DNA from: Moniliella sp. 'wahieum'
Taxonomy: Eukaryota
Direction of reading: 5' to 3'
Length of the DNA: 64,000 bases
NCBI GenBank assembly: GCA_003971905.1
Contig: RSEE01000106.1
Coordinates: forward strand, 1 to 64,000
The position numbers were made by a program, and so were the translations under genes. The notes beneath the pieces are model-generated. The model was not told the origin of the DNA, did no database searches, and saw only the letters and a list, made by a program, of their open reading frames with translations. Below are positions 26,526 through 37,748 of this stretch, piece by piece. The number at the start of each line of letters is the position of its first letter. Position 1 is the stretch's first letter.

Positions 26526-27742
26526 GCGCTGGCTGTCGTGGTTTGGACCAAAGTCCAATCCGAAAAAGAGCGCCCACCTCGCCTGCTCGTTTTTCTGCTT
26601 CGAGTGCTCTTGGTCCCTGTCTGGTTGGGGAGGCGTGTATATCTCTCTGTCCCAAAATCGCTGGCCAGCCAGCGCATACTATGCCCATATTCCGCTTTGG
26701 TGTCCATGTGCGGTCCCTATGCCTTGCACGATCGGAAGCAATGGTCATTCCTCGCTGCTTCGGATTTTTTTGTGTAGTCACACTAGTGGTACTTGAGCAC
26801 TACAGTCTCCATGGAGCGGGGGGAAAATCCTTCGTCACAAGGCTGAGAACCATGGCTGCGATACATCGGTGAGAATAGGACTGCCATTTCATAGCTGGGG
26901 GAGCCACCTGAGTTGCTTGGGGCCCAGTGAATTAACAGCGAAATTAGCACAGGGGAGAGTGATGGAATCGGCTGGGAACGTCCAGTTTAGCATCTTCTCG
27001 GCAGCATTGTACCCTGGATGCAATCATACTACTACCCTTCACAATGCCAGCCTTGACTTTGAAGGTGCAGAACGCCATTGTGGGGGACGACAAACCGGGG
27101 GGGGAGAGGGCCGAAAGGGAAGCTCTTGAATCGAGGGTATGGTGATGATCTTGGCGTTCAGGCCAAGACCTTGCAGATTGCCCCGCAGTCTGCCCAGCTG
27201 TGGTTCGCGGTAGCAGCCTGAGGAGATGCGCACTCCACTGGGCAGTCCACCCCAAAGGCATTCCCGTGCCTTGGTAATCGGATCTTGCCACGGTGGCAAA
27301 AAAAAAAAAGGCAGAGTGGCACAAAAATTGTTCGTCCTCAGGCTCACAAGGTGTGATGATGCAGACTCGATGATCTTAACTCGACTGGCTGCCGTTATTG
27401 GGCAAAAAGCCAGATGGGCGACTAACAAAGGCAAACGCAAACGCAAATGCAAACAAGGAAAAGGAGAAGGAAAAGGGCTCGGGCGGAGCGCAGCGATCGA
27501 CTATCCAATGTTGAACGTTGAACGTTGAACTCAACGTGTTTAACGTTTAACTTAACCTTCATCGAGTCACTCTAGTCACTCTCGGCGTCATTCAGTCTTC
27601 CACTGTCCTCCGCGTGCTCCACTGAACTGGACCGACCCAGGGCGTGGTCCCTTGTCATCCTAGTCATTCTATAGCCACCCTAACCATCCGAATCATCCCA
27701 GTCGCGCGCGTTCTTCCAACCTCCTCCCGCCTGTCCCTCTCC

Positions 27743-30700
27743 ATGGGGCCGCGACCGGCTGGCTGCGACGCCCACGAGGGTGTTATATCCACCGTCGCTC
27801 TTTCTCTCGCTGTCCCGGCCGTCTCCACCCCCACCCCATCCTCCCCGAATTGCCGCGCCACCGCCATATCCGCTGCCGCCCCCTCTCTCCCCCCTCCCAA
27901 CTGCACCCCGCCTGAGCGTATCGCTCACGCCGTCCGCACCGTCCGCGCCCTCGCACCAGGCCAGCAACAGACATTCATCGATCAGCTCCAAGACGGCGAT
28001 GCGGACCAGCAATACATGGCCGCCATCGCGGCTTGCGCCGTGCACAACACAGCCTGGATCCACGCCCATCTTTCCCACCCCGACCCCCACATCCAGCGCC
28101 TTGCTCTACGCGCTGCTACGCCGCTGCGCGTGTCCGACCAGGCCATTGCCACGGCGCTTCAGGGCGACCTGTCCTGGCGTACACGCCATGCTCTTTGGCA
28201 CACCGGTCTTTCCCACCGTCCGCGCCTTGCTGAACAGCTTTTCCCCAGCGTACGCGCCGCATGGGGCAACTCGGCCGCGCTCATGTTCTCCCCACTGCAG
28301 TGCCCCTGTGGTAGCTCGCTACCTCCCTGAACTGCTCACCATCGCCTGTGAGGATTCCCACTGGCGCCCTTTTCCACATTGCACCCCACCGTTTTCCTTG
28401 AAGTGCTGGTCCAGAACCGGGTCCATCTTACCAGCCAAGACATATCTTCGCGCGCCTGGTGGAAACTCTTTGGTCCGAGTTTGACGGCGCTCGTCAAGCA
28501 ATCCCATCAGCCCCCCGACGTGGCCGTCAAAGTTCTCGACCTGGTCGACTTGACCCCTGAGGATTTCCCCTCGAGCCTACGAGGCTGCCTGTCGGAGCTC
28601 TTCCGGGCCGAGCCTGGAAGGATGGTGCACTATATGATGCAAGGGCTGGTCACCATGCCTTCCAAGCAAGCGGCTACTAGTGTGATCCGTGCCGTTGATC
28701 TCGCCGGGCTTATTCTCACCTACAATGGCCCATCCCTCAAGAGATTGCGGCCCTTGGCGGGGATTTACAGCGTGCCCCACCCTGTCCGCCTTGCTATGTT
28801 CGAAGCACTTCATCCCCCGCCCTGTACCGCCATGCCCTCCGACCGGGACCTTGATCTTCTTTTCCCGTGGGAGGGACCAAGTGGCCCAGCAAGTCCTGCA
28901 ACACGCCACGGATCCGAACGAACGGTTTTAAAGCCTACGGCTATCTTCCGCATGATTCCCGAGCGCAGCAAGAAGTCCTTGGCTCTTCGGAAGCCCGATC
29001 CGGCCGTTCGCCGCTCAGGTTACGCCCGGCTCTGTGCCCAAGCTGTGATGGAAGGCGATCCCGCACGGTGGGCTGCCATGCTCGCTGTTCGAGCCAAGCA
29101 TATCCAGAACGAGCGGCATCCCCTGCGCATGATGGCCATCCACGATATCGCGCGCCGTCCGTTCCGACCGTACCTATGGTCAAAGGCAGCCTTGTCCCCA
29201 CTCAAACAGATGACCATCGACGCCGTTCAAGCCCCCGATGCCATGCCTGGCGATTACTACGAGCTTTTATATCTGGCCTTGTGGATCGTCGGTTGGTTCG
29301 GGGAGGACGAAGAAGTCATCACGTGGGCGAGGGAACTGGTAGAAATCACGCGCCCAGGAATATACTTCGATCCCCGTGACCTCGCGCAAACCTTTCCTCG
29401 AGGCAAGGAAGAATTGATCGTACGGGTCTTGGGGCCGTACCTACAGACGCTGGTCGACCAGGGGAATATTCTATTCTGATCACTTTGGTAACGAGGTTGG
29501 GTGCCCGTGCGAATGCGTGCGACACGCTTTCGAACTTGCTTTCCCGTGCCATTCGCACGACAGACAACAAAGTGGATGCGCAGCGGCTCGTTCATTTACC
29601 TCAAGCCAAAGAAGACGCGACAAGTTCGGCTTGCGGAACTGGTGGAGCATGACCCATCAATTGTCGCCATTGACTCGGTAGCCAATATGGTGGCGCGTGC
29701 TCATCCCGAGCTCTTGGTCAGCGTGCTTCGGTTCGCGCCTTGTGGGCTGTACCTCGAAGAAAAGGACAAGGCAGAGAATGGGTCTTTCCCTGCATTGTCC
29801 GTGCCCTCCGTGCCGTGGCACCCGAAACAATCACTCTTCCTTGCACAGGTCCAACGCGCTCTGGCCCGTCTCGAGCCCAACCGCAACCGGGACCAAGTGC
29901 TGCATCGCACGCCCGCGTCCCAGGGGGGTTGGCGCTGGTTGCGTCTTTGGTCCAACAGGGCTTGAAGGGCCCGGAGCATGTTCGTTCCTTTGAGCAGACA
30001 CTAGCAGCGCTCTCCTCCCCGTCCTACCTGCACCTCCTTCTGCCGTATGCGTCGGACCAGCAAGCGCGGGCGGCCATGCCAGCTGTTCAGCGAGCAGCGA
30101 AACACGTTCCCATCGCACAACTCCAGCCCCTCGTCCTCTCCCTCTTGGAGGGCAACGCAAAGGTATCCAGTCGCAAGACGGCCGTGCGGATCGGAGCGCG
30201 GTACTTGCCCTTCAGGAGGCGGCAGCGGTGCTGCAGGCTCAGGTGGCCAAGTCGGACCTGCACCCCCACGTGCATGCAGTGATCATCGGAATGGCACGGA
30301 CGAAGCTTCTGGGACTGCCAGAGGATGGGCGATGCTGGAGCAGACTCTCGTTCCTTCTGCCGAGGAAATTGAGGCCAACGCCGGCCAAAAGCTCGAGGTG
30401 GATGCCAAAGAGCGGTTGACTCGTCACTTGTCCCTCCGCAGCCAGCTCGCCCACACCCGCCCCTCGCATGTGCCCACGGACGCAGCGAGAGCGCTTTGGC
30501 GCCCTCGTGGTCCCCTCGCTGCCTCGAAGCACACTGGGTAGCGGTTCCTGGCTTGCGCGCGTGCAGCATGGGCGCCGTTCAATCCGGGTGCCTTCCCCGT
30601 CTTGCGCACCGCGGCCACCAACTTCTCCTGCGAGAGCCACTTTGTCTGGCAGGAGGCAATCAAGGCACTGGTGCTCCTGTCCAAGTCGCCCCAAGGCCAA

Positions 30701-31420
30701 GAGACGCTGTGTACCACAATGGCCCAGCTACTCACCGTCCCGCACAATCCCGAGCACAACGCCGGGCCCGAGTGCGACTTGCCTGCGGTGCGGAGGGTGC
30801 AGGCTCTGACGCACCACCTGTGCCAGCAGTTGGAGCAGGACCGAGAAGTCTACCGGGTGCCTGCTGGCCTGCCTCAAGACATGGTTCGGTGGGAGCAAGA
30901 ACGTCGCGGATCACTCTGGCGCGGATCCGGGCCTGGGCCAGTGGCAGCGAATACGTGGGCGTTAACACGATCGTCTTGCGGCCCCACTTGGTTGACTGGC
31001 GTGGTCTCCTGGATTCGGCTGGGGTGCCCGAGCAGGCGCCGGACCACGCTCTGGTCCCTTTGTGCCGCGCTTGGACCCACGCCGCCGGAACCTACCGTGG
31101 TCCTAGTCACTGACCACCGTCTGGCTCGCCTGCCAGGCTTGATGGGCCATGTGCTCCCAGCATGGGACCCTCAGCTGCGCTCGACCCAGGTGCGCACCGA
31201 AGCACCCGGTCTCCTCGCCGTGCTCACTTGGCTCCAGGCCCGGTCCGCTACCATGGTACGTTGGTCGTGCAAGTTGTCAAGCGGGCCATCGGCGGGGGCC
31301 GCCGGCTCTGCCTCTGGTCCCCGGCCGCGCTCCAATTGGTGCGCACGCTCCGCTGCCACCCTGCCTGGACGTTCGTGTTGGCTTACGACGTTGAGACGGA
31401 CGCGACAAAACCGTCACTAG
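27743..31420 (+). CDS. Large (~1200 aa) intronless helical-repeat hypothetical protein resembling an actinobacterial family (frameshifted)
   Basis: Colinear ORF pieces 27644-28330, 28379-29479, 29501-29965, 29740-30282 and 30602-31476 with motifs LSHPDPHIQRLALRA, LAEQLFPSVRAAWG, RKPDPAVRR, IQNERHPLR, KVSSRKTAVR, LRCHP. Confidence 0.65.
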
Positions 31421-32543
31421 TCTTACATTCGTGTAGTAGCTCGGCGCGTCTCAATTCAAGCAATGCGATGATGTAGCGTTTGTTCTTCCGCAGCACGCCC
31501 ATGGGCCGATGACATCTTTCTCTGTAGCTAATACACTCCTGGACTCTTGTCTCTTGTATCTTGCTCTTTTCAGCGCTGTCAGCGCACAGCGCCGCACTAT
31601 ACATGTATCCTAGGCGAGAAGAAGCCTCTCTCATGCATCGATCGTGAGTGCGAAGCGCGCACTGCACACTCTCAGGTCTCATTCTTCTTTCATAGTTGGC
31701 GCGGTATCGGGCGCAGAGGAAAGAACAAAACGAGCGCCTTTGCCACGGTTCGACGGTGTAGCTGTCTTTGGTGGCGGATGACGTTTTCGGGCCGAGATAA
31801 TGGCAATGGATGTGGAGCTCGTCTGGATGAGCACAGCCCATTAGAAGCCATTCGGAGGGGAGTGGATACTAGGTTGCTAGGGGCGGCGGGAGGGGAGCGG
31901 GGCGAGGAGCGTACCTGCCCCTGGATTGGGGACATGGAAGGAAGGTGCGAAAAAAAGTGCGTGTTCCTGCCAGGGGCAGGGGGGGTGCGTTTCCTGCGAT
32001 GATCTGAGGTGGCCGAGAGAGAGAAGATGAGACCAGCGGTCGGATTCAGATGTCGAGGCTTATGCTCTGTCGAACCAAGGTGGACGGTGGACGGTTGAAC
32101 GGTGAGATCTGAGATTGAAAGTGTTAGGTGGGGAGAGGATGCAGAGGCCAGCATGGCACATGGCATGCTGACGCATGGCACATGGCACATGGCACTTGCA
32201 CCCCTCGCTTCCCCCTGTCAAGGCGAGACATACATACCCCATCCATGCACCGCCCCATGCTCGGTCGCACCCATCAGCCGGTACGCGCGGGTACGAGCCA
32301 ACCGCACGCTGCATGGTCCATATTCCATCCACTGCCCTGTGGCCTTTTCTTCCCAGTTACCGGTTACACACTCTCCGCACCCACCACGCCATCCTACCCC
32401 AAGTCGCTATAGTTGGGAGATCTCAGACGTAACACCGTCCCCTCCCATCGCTTTGTCTCCCTCTGTCTGCTCTCCTGGCTGCCGTGGGTGGATTGGAGAG
32501 CAGGGTGGGCGCATGGATGCCAGCGGGCACATGTGTGTGTTGG

Positions 32544-32783
32544 TGTTGGCCTAGGGAGCCGGACGGGCAGAAGGATGAGGAGAAGGTGATGGATTGGAGC
32601 CAGAGTTGGGTCTGGGTACAGAGGCATCTATATAGGAGGCTGGACTAGGCACAGGGACAGTGAGTCACACAGGAGAGAGTGCAGGGCACAGGGACAGTGA
32701 CACGCAGGGACGTCAGCGTGGAAGCCGATGGAACCGAGGCGAACCTGGTCTACCGACTGGGAGCCAGAGGATCACAGTCAACA
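32544..32783. repeat. LTR copy 1 (240 bp)
   Basis: Identical by eye to 33703-33942; TG..CA termini; internal TATATAG. Confidence 0.95.
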
Positions 32784-33500
32784 CCCCCTGGCCAGGGAAC
32801 CCGGAGACATCGGTTGTGGGATGAGCTCCTGCCAGTGGATGTAGAGAGGGGAGGACTTGAGTGGCAACCGGGACGAATGGCCTGGAGTTGTGCATGGCCA
32901 CACGACTGGCCTACACCCCCGCTGTCCAGGATGACACCTGAACGAGCCGAGCGCTTGTGGTTGGTGTATTGTGCGACCGCCAGATGCTTGTAGAAGTCTT
33001 AGAAGTAAAAGTAGTAGGGGTTGCGCCCCGAAGCGATTTGGTGGGCAAAAGTAAAAAGCACCAGTTATAGGTGTAGTGAAAGAAAATTGGAAACTTGGAG
33101 TAAATGCGGTCCAAGGTCGTTTGGCATCAAAATTGGATGCGTTTGGTAGTTGTTTGGTTCCGCATGCCTGGTGCCAGTGGGGTCCATTGGGCATGGGAAA
33201 TGAACGGGCGCTATGCGTCAACCGTCTTGATCTGTTTGGGTTCTCTTTGTTGTTGAAAAAGAGGAGTGGAAGAAGTTGGGTGACCACCCCCCCCCATCCT
33301 TTCCCCAGGTGCCCCGGATGAATTGGCAATCCGGGGCGTGTAGCCGTGGGTGGGGCACTTGATGAGCAGCCACCCCCGCTTTCTGCGATTCGCCTGCGCC
33401 GTTTTGTCGTTGGAGGAATTTCGTCTCGTTGACGATACCCGACACGTTTTGTTCCGTCGTGTGTTTGTCCCTAAAATCATTGCCCCATCTGTGGGGGACG

Positions 33501-33580
33501 AGTGTGCCGATTGTGGCGGTAGTATGCCGATTGTGGCGGTAGTATGCCGATTGTGGCGGTAAGGTGCCGATTGTGGCGGT
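33501..33580. repeat. 4 x 20-bp tandem repeat inside the LTR element
   Basis: Unit AGTATGCCGATTGTGGCGGT with variants AGTG.. and AAGG.. Confidence 0.9.
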
Positions 33581-33702
33581 GGTGTTGTTGGGCGGGAGGA
33601 CGGGTGTGTCTTGTGGGCTTGGCGGCTTAGCTTGGGCTTGTAGGCTTGGGGGTGGGCTTGCTTGAAGAGCGCTCCCCTTCCGGGGGGATCAGATTGTAGC
33701 TC

Positions 33703-33942
33703 TGTTGGCCTAGGGAGCCGGACGGGCAGAAGGATGAGGAGAAGGTGATGGATTGGAGCCAGAGTTGGGTCTGGGTACAGAGGCATCTATATAGGAGGCT
33801 GGACTAGGCACAGGGACAGTGAGTCACACAGGAGAGAGTGCAGGGCACAGGGACAGTGACACGCAGGGACGTCAGCGTGGAAGCCGATGGAACCGAGGCG
33901 AACCTGGTCTACCGACTGGGAGCCAGAGGATCACAGTCAACA
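33703..33942. repeat. LTR copy 2 (240 bp)
   Basis: Identical by eye to 32544-32783. Confidence 0.95.
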
Positions 33943-34461
33943 GTTGGTATTTTTGCATCGGGCGTGCTGTGTGTGCCACGTGCAAACGCTATCTTCGGCC
34001 TGCCATGCCACACGGAATGCGTACCGCCGTGTAACATGCAAGGAGCTTAAAGCGTCACGCGTAAAGCTTAAAGTCTACCCACCAGCTGCAGGAACGTATG
34101 CATATGCTGAGCGCTACGCTTCTTATCGTTTAGCGCTTAGCGCTAGCCTTAGCGCTTAGGCTAAGCTTCTTGCCGTTTAGCCGCCCTTGGGGTCACCGGT
34201 CAGGCTTCAAGCTTCAAGCTGCAATAAGGCCTAAGGGCCAGACAACAGAGTCAACTAGTCCACCACCGGCTCAAGTGGGGGAGGGGCTAAACAGGCCAAA
34301 ACAAGGCAAAACAGACGAGCCACGAGCCACCGATCACCGGCCCCTACTCCCTAGTTAACCCTGTCCCTGGGCCGAAGCAGGCCGAAGACCACCCCCTCCT
34401 CGCAGCAGTGTTATTTTGTTCGGCATGTCCTGGACGAGAAAGAAGAGTTCGAGAGAGAGTG

Positions 34462-34505
34462 TGTATATGTATGCGTATGCGTATGTGTATGCGTATGTGT
34501 ATGTG
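34462..34505. repeat. (GTATGY)n hexamer microsatellite
   Basis: gtatatgtatgcgtatgcgtatgtgtatgcgtatgtgtatgt. Confidence 0.75.
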
Positions 34506-35950
34506 AACGATTGTGTATGTACCCCACCCAGGGATTTATGCAATCGACAATCGACAGTCCCTTTTGCGTCCGTGTCGCGGATCGTATAGACTGCCGTGGC
34601 CCGTGGATCTCCGATCTCCGCACTCAGACCCTGAAGCTCAGAAGCCTGAGGCTCAGCGCGCTGAGATCTGAGCGCAGGCTGAGCACTCGAGCGAGAAGGA
34701 TGCACATTATTAGCCACACGAGTCGTAGTAGTCCCTAATAGTCACTAGTTACGCGTAACGCCGTCCGGCAAGGTGCGGCTGCGATGATATAGAGATGGCG
34801 GTACGTGGTATATGGCCTATGCCCCCCCCCCCTCCCAAAAGGAGAGACAGAAGGATGAGGGGCTGGACTCAACCGATCTCAGAACTCCGATCTCTGATCT
34901 CATTCGATCTGCGATCCCCGATCCAGGCAGCGCGCAGCAGGCTAGCAGGCCAGCAGGATACTAGGTCAAGACATGGAAGAGTGGGGCAAAGCGGGAGGGA
35001 AGAAAGGGGGCTGAAACTCAGAAGCTCAGAAGCTGAATGAAGCTGAAGCACGGAGAGCGGAGGGGGGGGGGGGGGTAGGAGGGACAAGAAAAAGGACAGA
35101 GCAAGGTAGGTCTGCCTCAAAGCGAGGGGAGGCAGAGAGGAGTCGAGCAACAGGCGCTGGGAAAGCGTAAGGGCCAAAAGGGAATTGGAAAAGGGCAAAA
35201 TGGAAGAGGGGAGGGGAAAAGCGAGACCCAGGGCGCATAGACGACCCACGGTGCATACATGTACATGGACATGGACAAGGTATAGGGTAGGGTAAAAAAA
35301 TGGGTGTAGTCGGTGGAGTGTAGAACTTGAAGCTTGAAGCGTGAAGCTTGAAGCTTGAAGTTTGAAGGGTTTGAAGAGTTTGGAGAGAGCAACAAGGAAA
35401 CAACGGGAAAGTTGGTTGCCCCCAACTGTGAGTCGTACGAGGGGCGTGGTGGAGCGTATAGAGGCAAAGAAGATAGCATCAGCAAGGCAGGATAGCCAGA
35501 GGAGGTGGTTGGATCGGGGTCAGATCTCAGATCTCAGATTGATCAGCCGAGATCCGAGGTTGGAGATCCGAGGTTGGAGATCTGAGATGGGATCCATGAT
35601 CGATAGAGAGCTAGAGGCATCACACCAAAGGAATAGCATAGCCGATAGAGAAAGAGCGTGGGGAACGGCCATGTGCGAAGACACAGCCGAGAGAGCAATA
35701 AGGGGCGTGGGGGGTCGAAGGCAAATCGTACGGAAAGGAAGGCAGGGAAAGGTAAGAGTAGGACAGGGCAGGACCAAGAAAAGGACAAAACAAAATGAAG
35801 CTAGGTCCTTGTCCAGAGGAGAGAGAGAGACAAGACACAAGAGAGAAAGAAGAGCAAGAAGAGGAGAAGAGAAGAAGAGAGGTATACATCTTGGTCCGGC
35901 CCACATGAGAAAAAAAAATCAAACCCTCAGAGGGCAGCATCGTCCTACCG

Positions 35951-37748
35951 TCAGCTCTCGGAGCCAGCCGAACCTACAAAGACCGGGTCGCTACCAAAGC
36001 CAGCGAGGGTGCCAAGGCAACAACTCTGCTCGGACGAAGCGGCATTGGAGCGAGTAGAGCGTGTAGAGCGAGTGGAGCGAAACGAGGAGGCGGAAGCGCG
36101 CGTAGCCGGAGGCGAGAGTCGGGAACTGACTGAGGGGGGCGCGGCCGCCCCCGCTCCCGCTCCCGATCCCGATCCTGGCGAACTGGGGGACCCGAGCACA
36201 TCCACTTGGGCTCGGGGGCGACGGCCATCCCAACCGTGGAATCCTGGTGGGTACCGGGGGACGTGGGGGACGTGGGGGACGTGGGGGACGTGGGGGACAT
36301 GGGGGACGTGGGAGCCGGCCGAGGCATGCGGGACGAAGGCCGTGGGCGTAGAGGTCATTCCGCTGCTCGTTTCCGAGGGCGAACGGAGCGTGCTGGAGCT
36401 AAGGCCGAGACGAGCGGTGGGCGTGGCAGTAGCGGTGATCGTGCCGTCAAGGGCGAGGGGAGGTCGGTGAGGATCGCGACGCAACGTTGGTGTAGTGCTA
36501 TGGCTCCGCGCCGGTTCGAGAGGCGAGTGGGTCGTGGTGCGGTCCTGGGTACGGTCGTGGGAGCGGTCGTGGGAGCGGTCCTTGGAGCGGTCCTTGGTAC
36601 GACCCTTGGTGGTAAAGAGGCCGGGGTCCTTTGGTTTCGGTGTACCCGAGCGGGAGAAGGGGCTATGGACGACTGGGCCGGCTCGACGGGGGCGCGAAAG
36701 TCGAGTGGGACAAGGCGAGACTGGTAGAGCGGTGGGAGGGCGCTTCCGGCGTCCGACTCGGACAGGGGTACAGGAACGTGAAGGGACTGGGCGCTGTTGC
36801 GATGGGAGACTGAGGCGGGTGCGACGGGAGCCGCGTGGTCCGACATGGATGCGCTCGAGCCGGCGCTGAGGCCTGGGAGGGAACCGAGCGAGGCACGGTG
36901 CGTCGATTCGCCCATCGTGCTCGAGCGTAAGCGCGCCCACGGCATCGGCGTCACGGGGACCAGCGCACGTGCCGGGTCGAGTTGAGCGGCCCGAGACTGG
37001 ATCCGGAGCGGCGGGCGGAGCTGGATCCGTAGCTGGAATCGAGGAGACCGAAGGCGAGCCTGACAGGGCGGTGCTGGTGGCGGTGGTACCCACTGTACTG
37101 TCGCTCCTGGACGGCTGCATTGCCAGCCCGGCCGAGAGCGGAAGGAGGCTGCCTGTGGACGGGACATCTTGGATCGGGTTCAAGGGGCTCGGCCATGAAG
37201 GAATCCCACGGCGATGGCCGGGCCGCCGAGTGGAGGGGGCCGTCAAATGAAACCCCGCAGCCGTAGTGGGCGCCGACGCAATGTGCGCCTGGGACGCCCG
37301 TCCAAACGTGTAACTGCTCAGCTGTTGGTCCACCCCGGGGGAGGCTGTAGGCGAGAGACTGGGATCCAAGACGGCTGCGTTGGCGGCCGACATAATCATG
37401 TCCCGCCCTCCGGGCCGTACACCGTGCATCCGCCGCATCCCAGCAATTTCAGATCGGGGTTCGACGGGCGTACCCGGCGTGGGCGGAGCCAAAGGTTGGT
37501 GGTGCTGCTCCTGCTGCGCCCCATGTGCGGGGAGCGAGAGGAGCCGGCAGGGTGGCCCTTGGGGAGACAAATGTACGCCCTGCAACCCAAACAGGCAAAG
37601 GCGGGGTCAGAGAAGAGACTGGATGGGTGGCGAGCGGGCGCAGATCGAGCACATGCACCACTCCACATGGCACACTGGCACCGCAACAGAAGCTCCGACG
37701 TACCCTGACAGTTTGGCCATCGTCTGGCTCAGCACCTCGGCGGGCATG
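35951..37748 (-). CDS. Hypothetical low-complexity Ser/Pro/Thr-rich protein (ends approximate)
   Basis: 544-aa ORF plus a probable upstream exon; contains codon-phase repeats (PHV)n and (DRSH/DRSK)n; family not recognised. Confidence 0.45.

Larger units (their letters stand above)
32544..33942 (-). mobile_element. Non-autonomous LTR retrotransposon (TRIM-like), 1399 bp, 5-bp TSD GTTGG
   Basis: Two identical 240-bp direct repeats with TGTTG...CAACA ends; GTTGG at 32539-32543 and 33943-33947; short polypurine AGGGGG abutting the minus-strand 3' LTR; no pol ORF. Confidence 0.93.

Noticed and set aside
33501..33580. CRISPR-like array
   Set aside because: Units are directly tandem with no unique spacers, no cas genes are present, and the context is a eukaryotic LTR element
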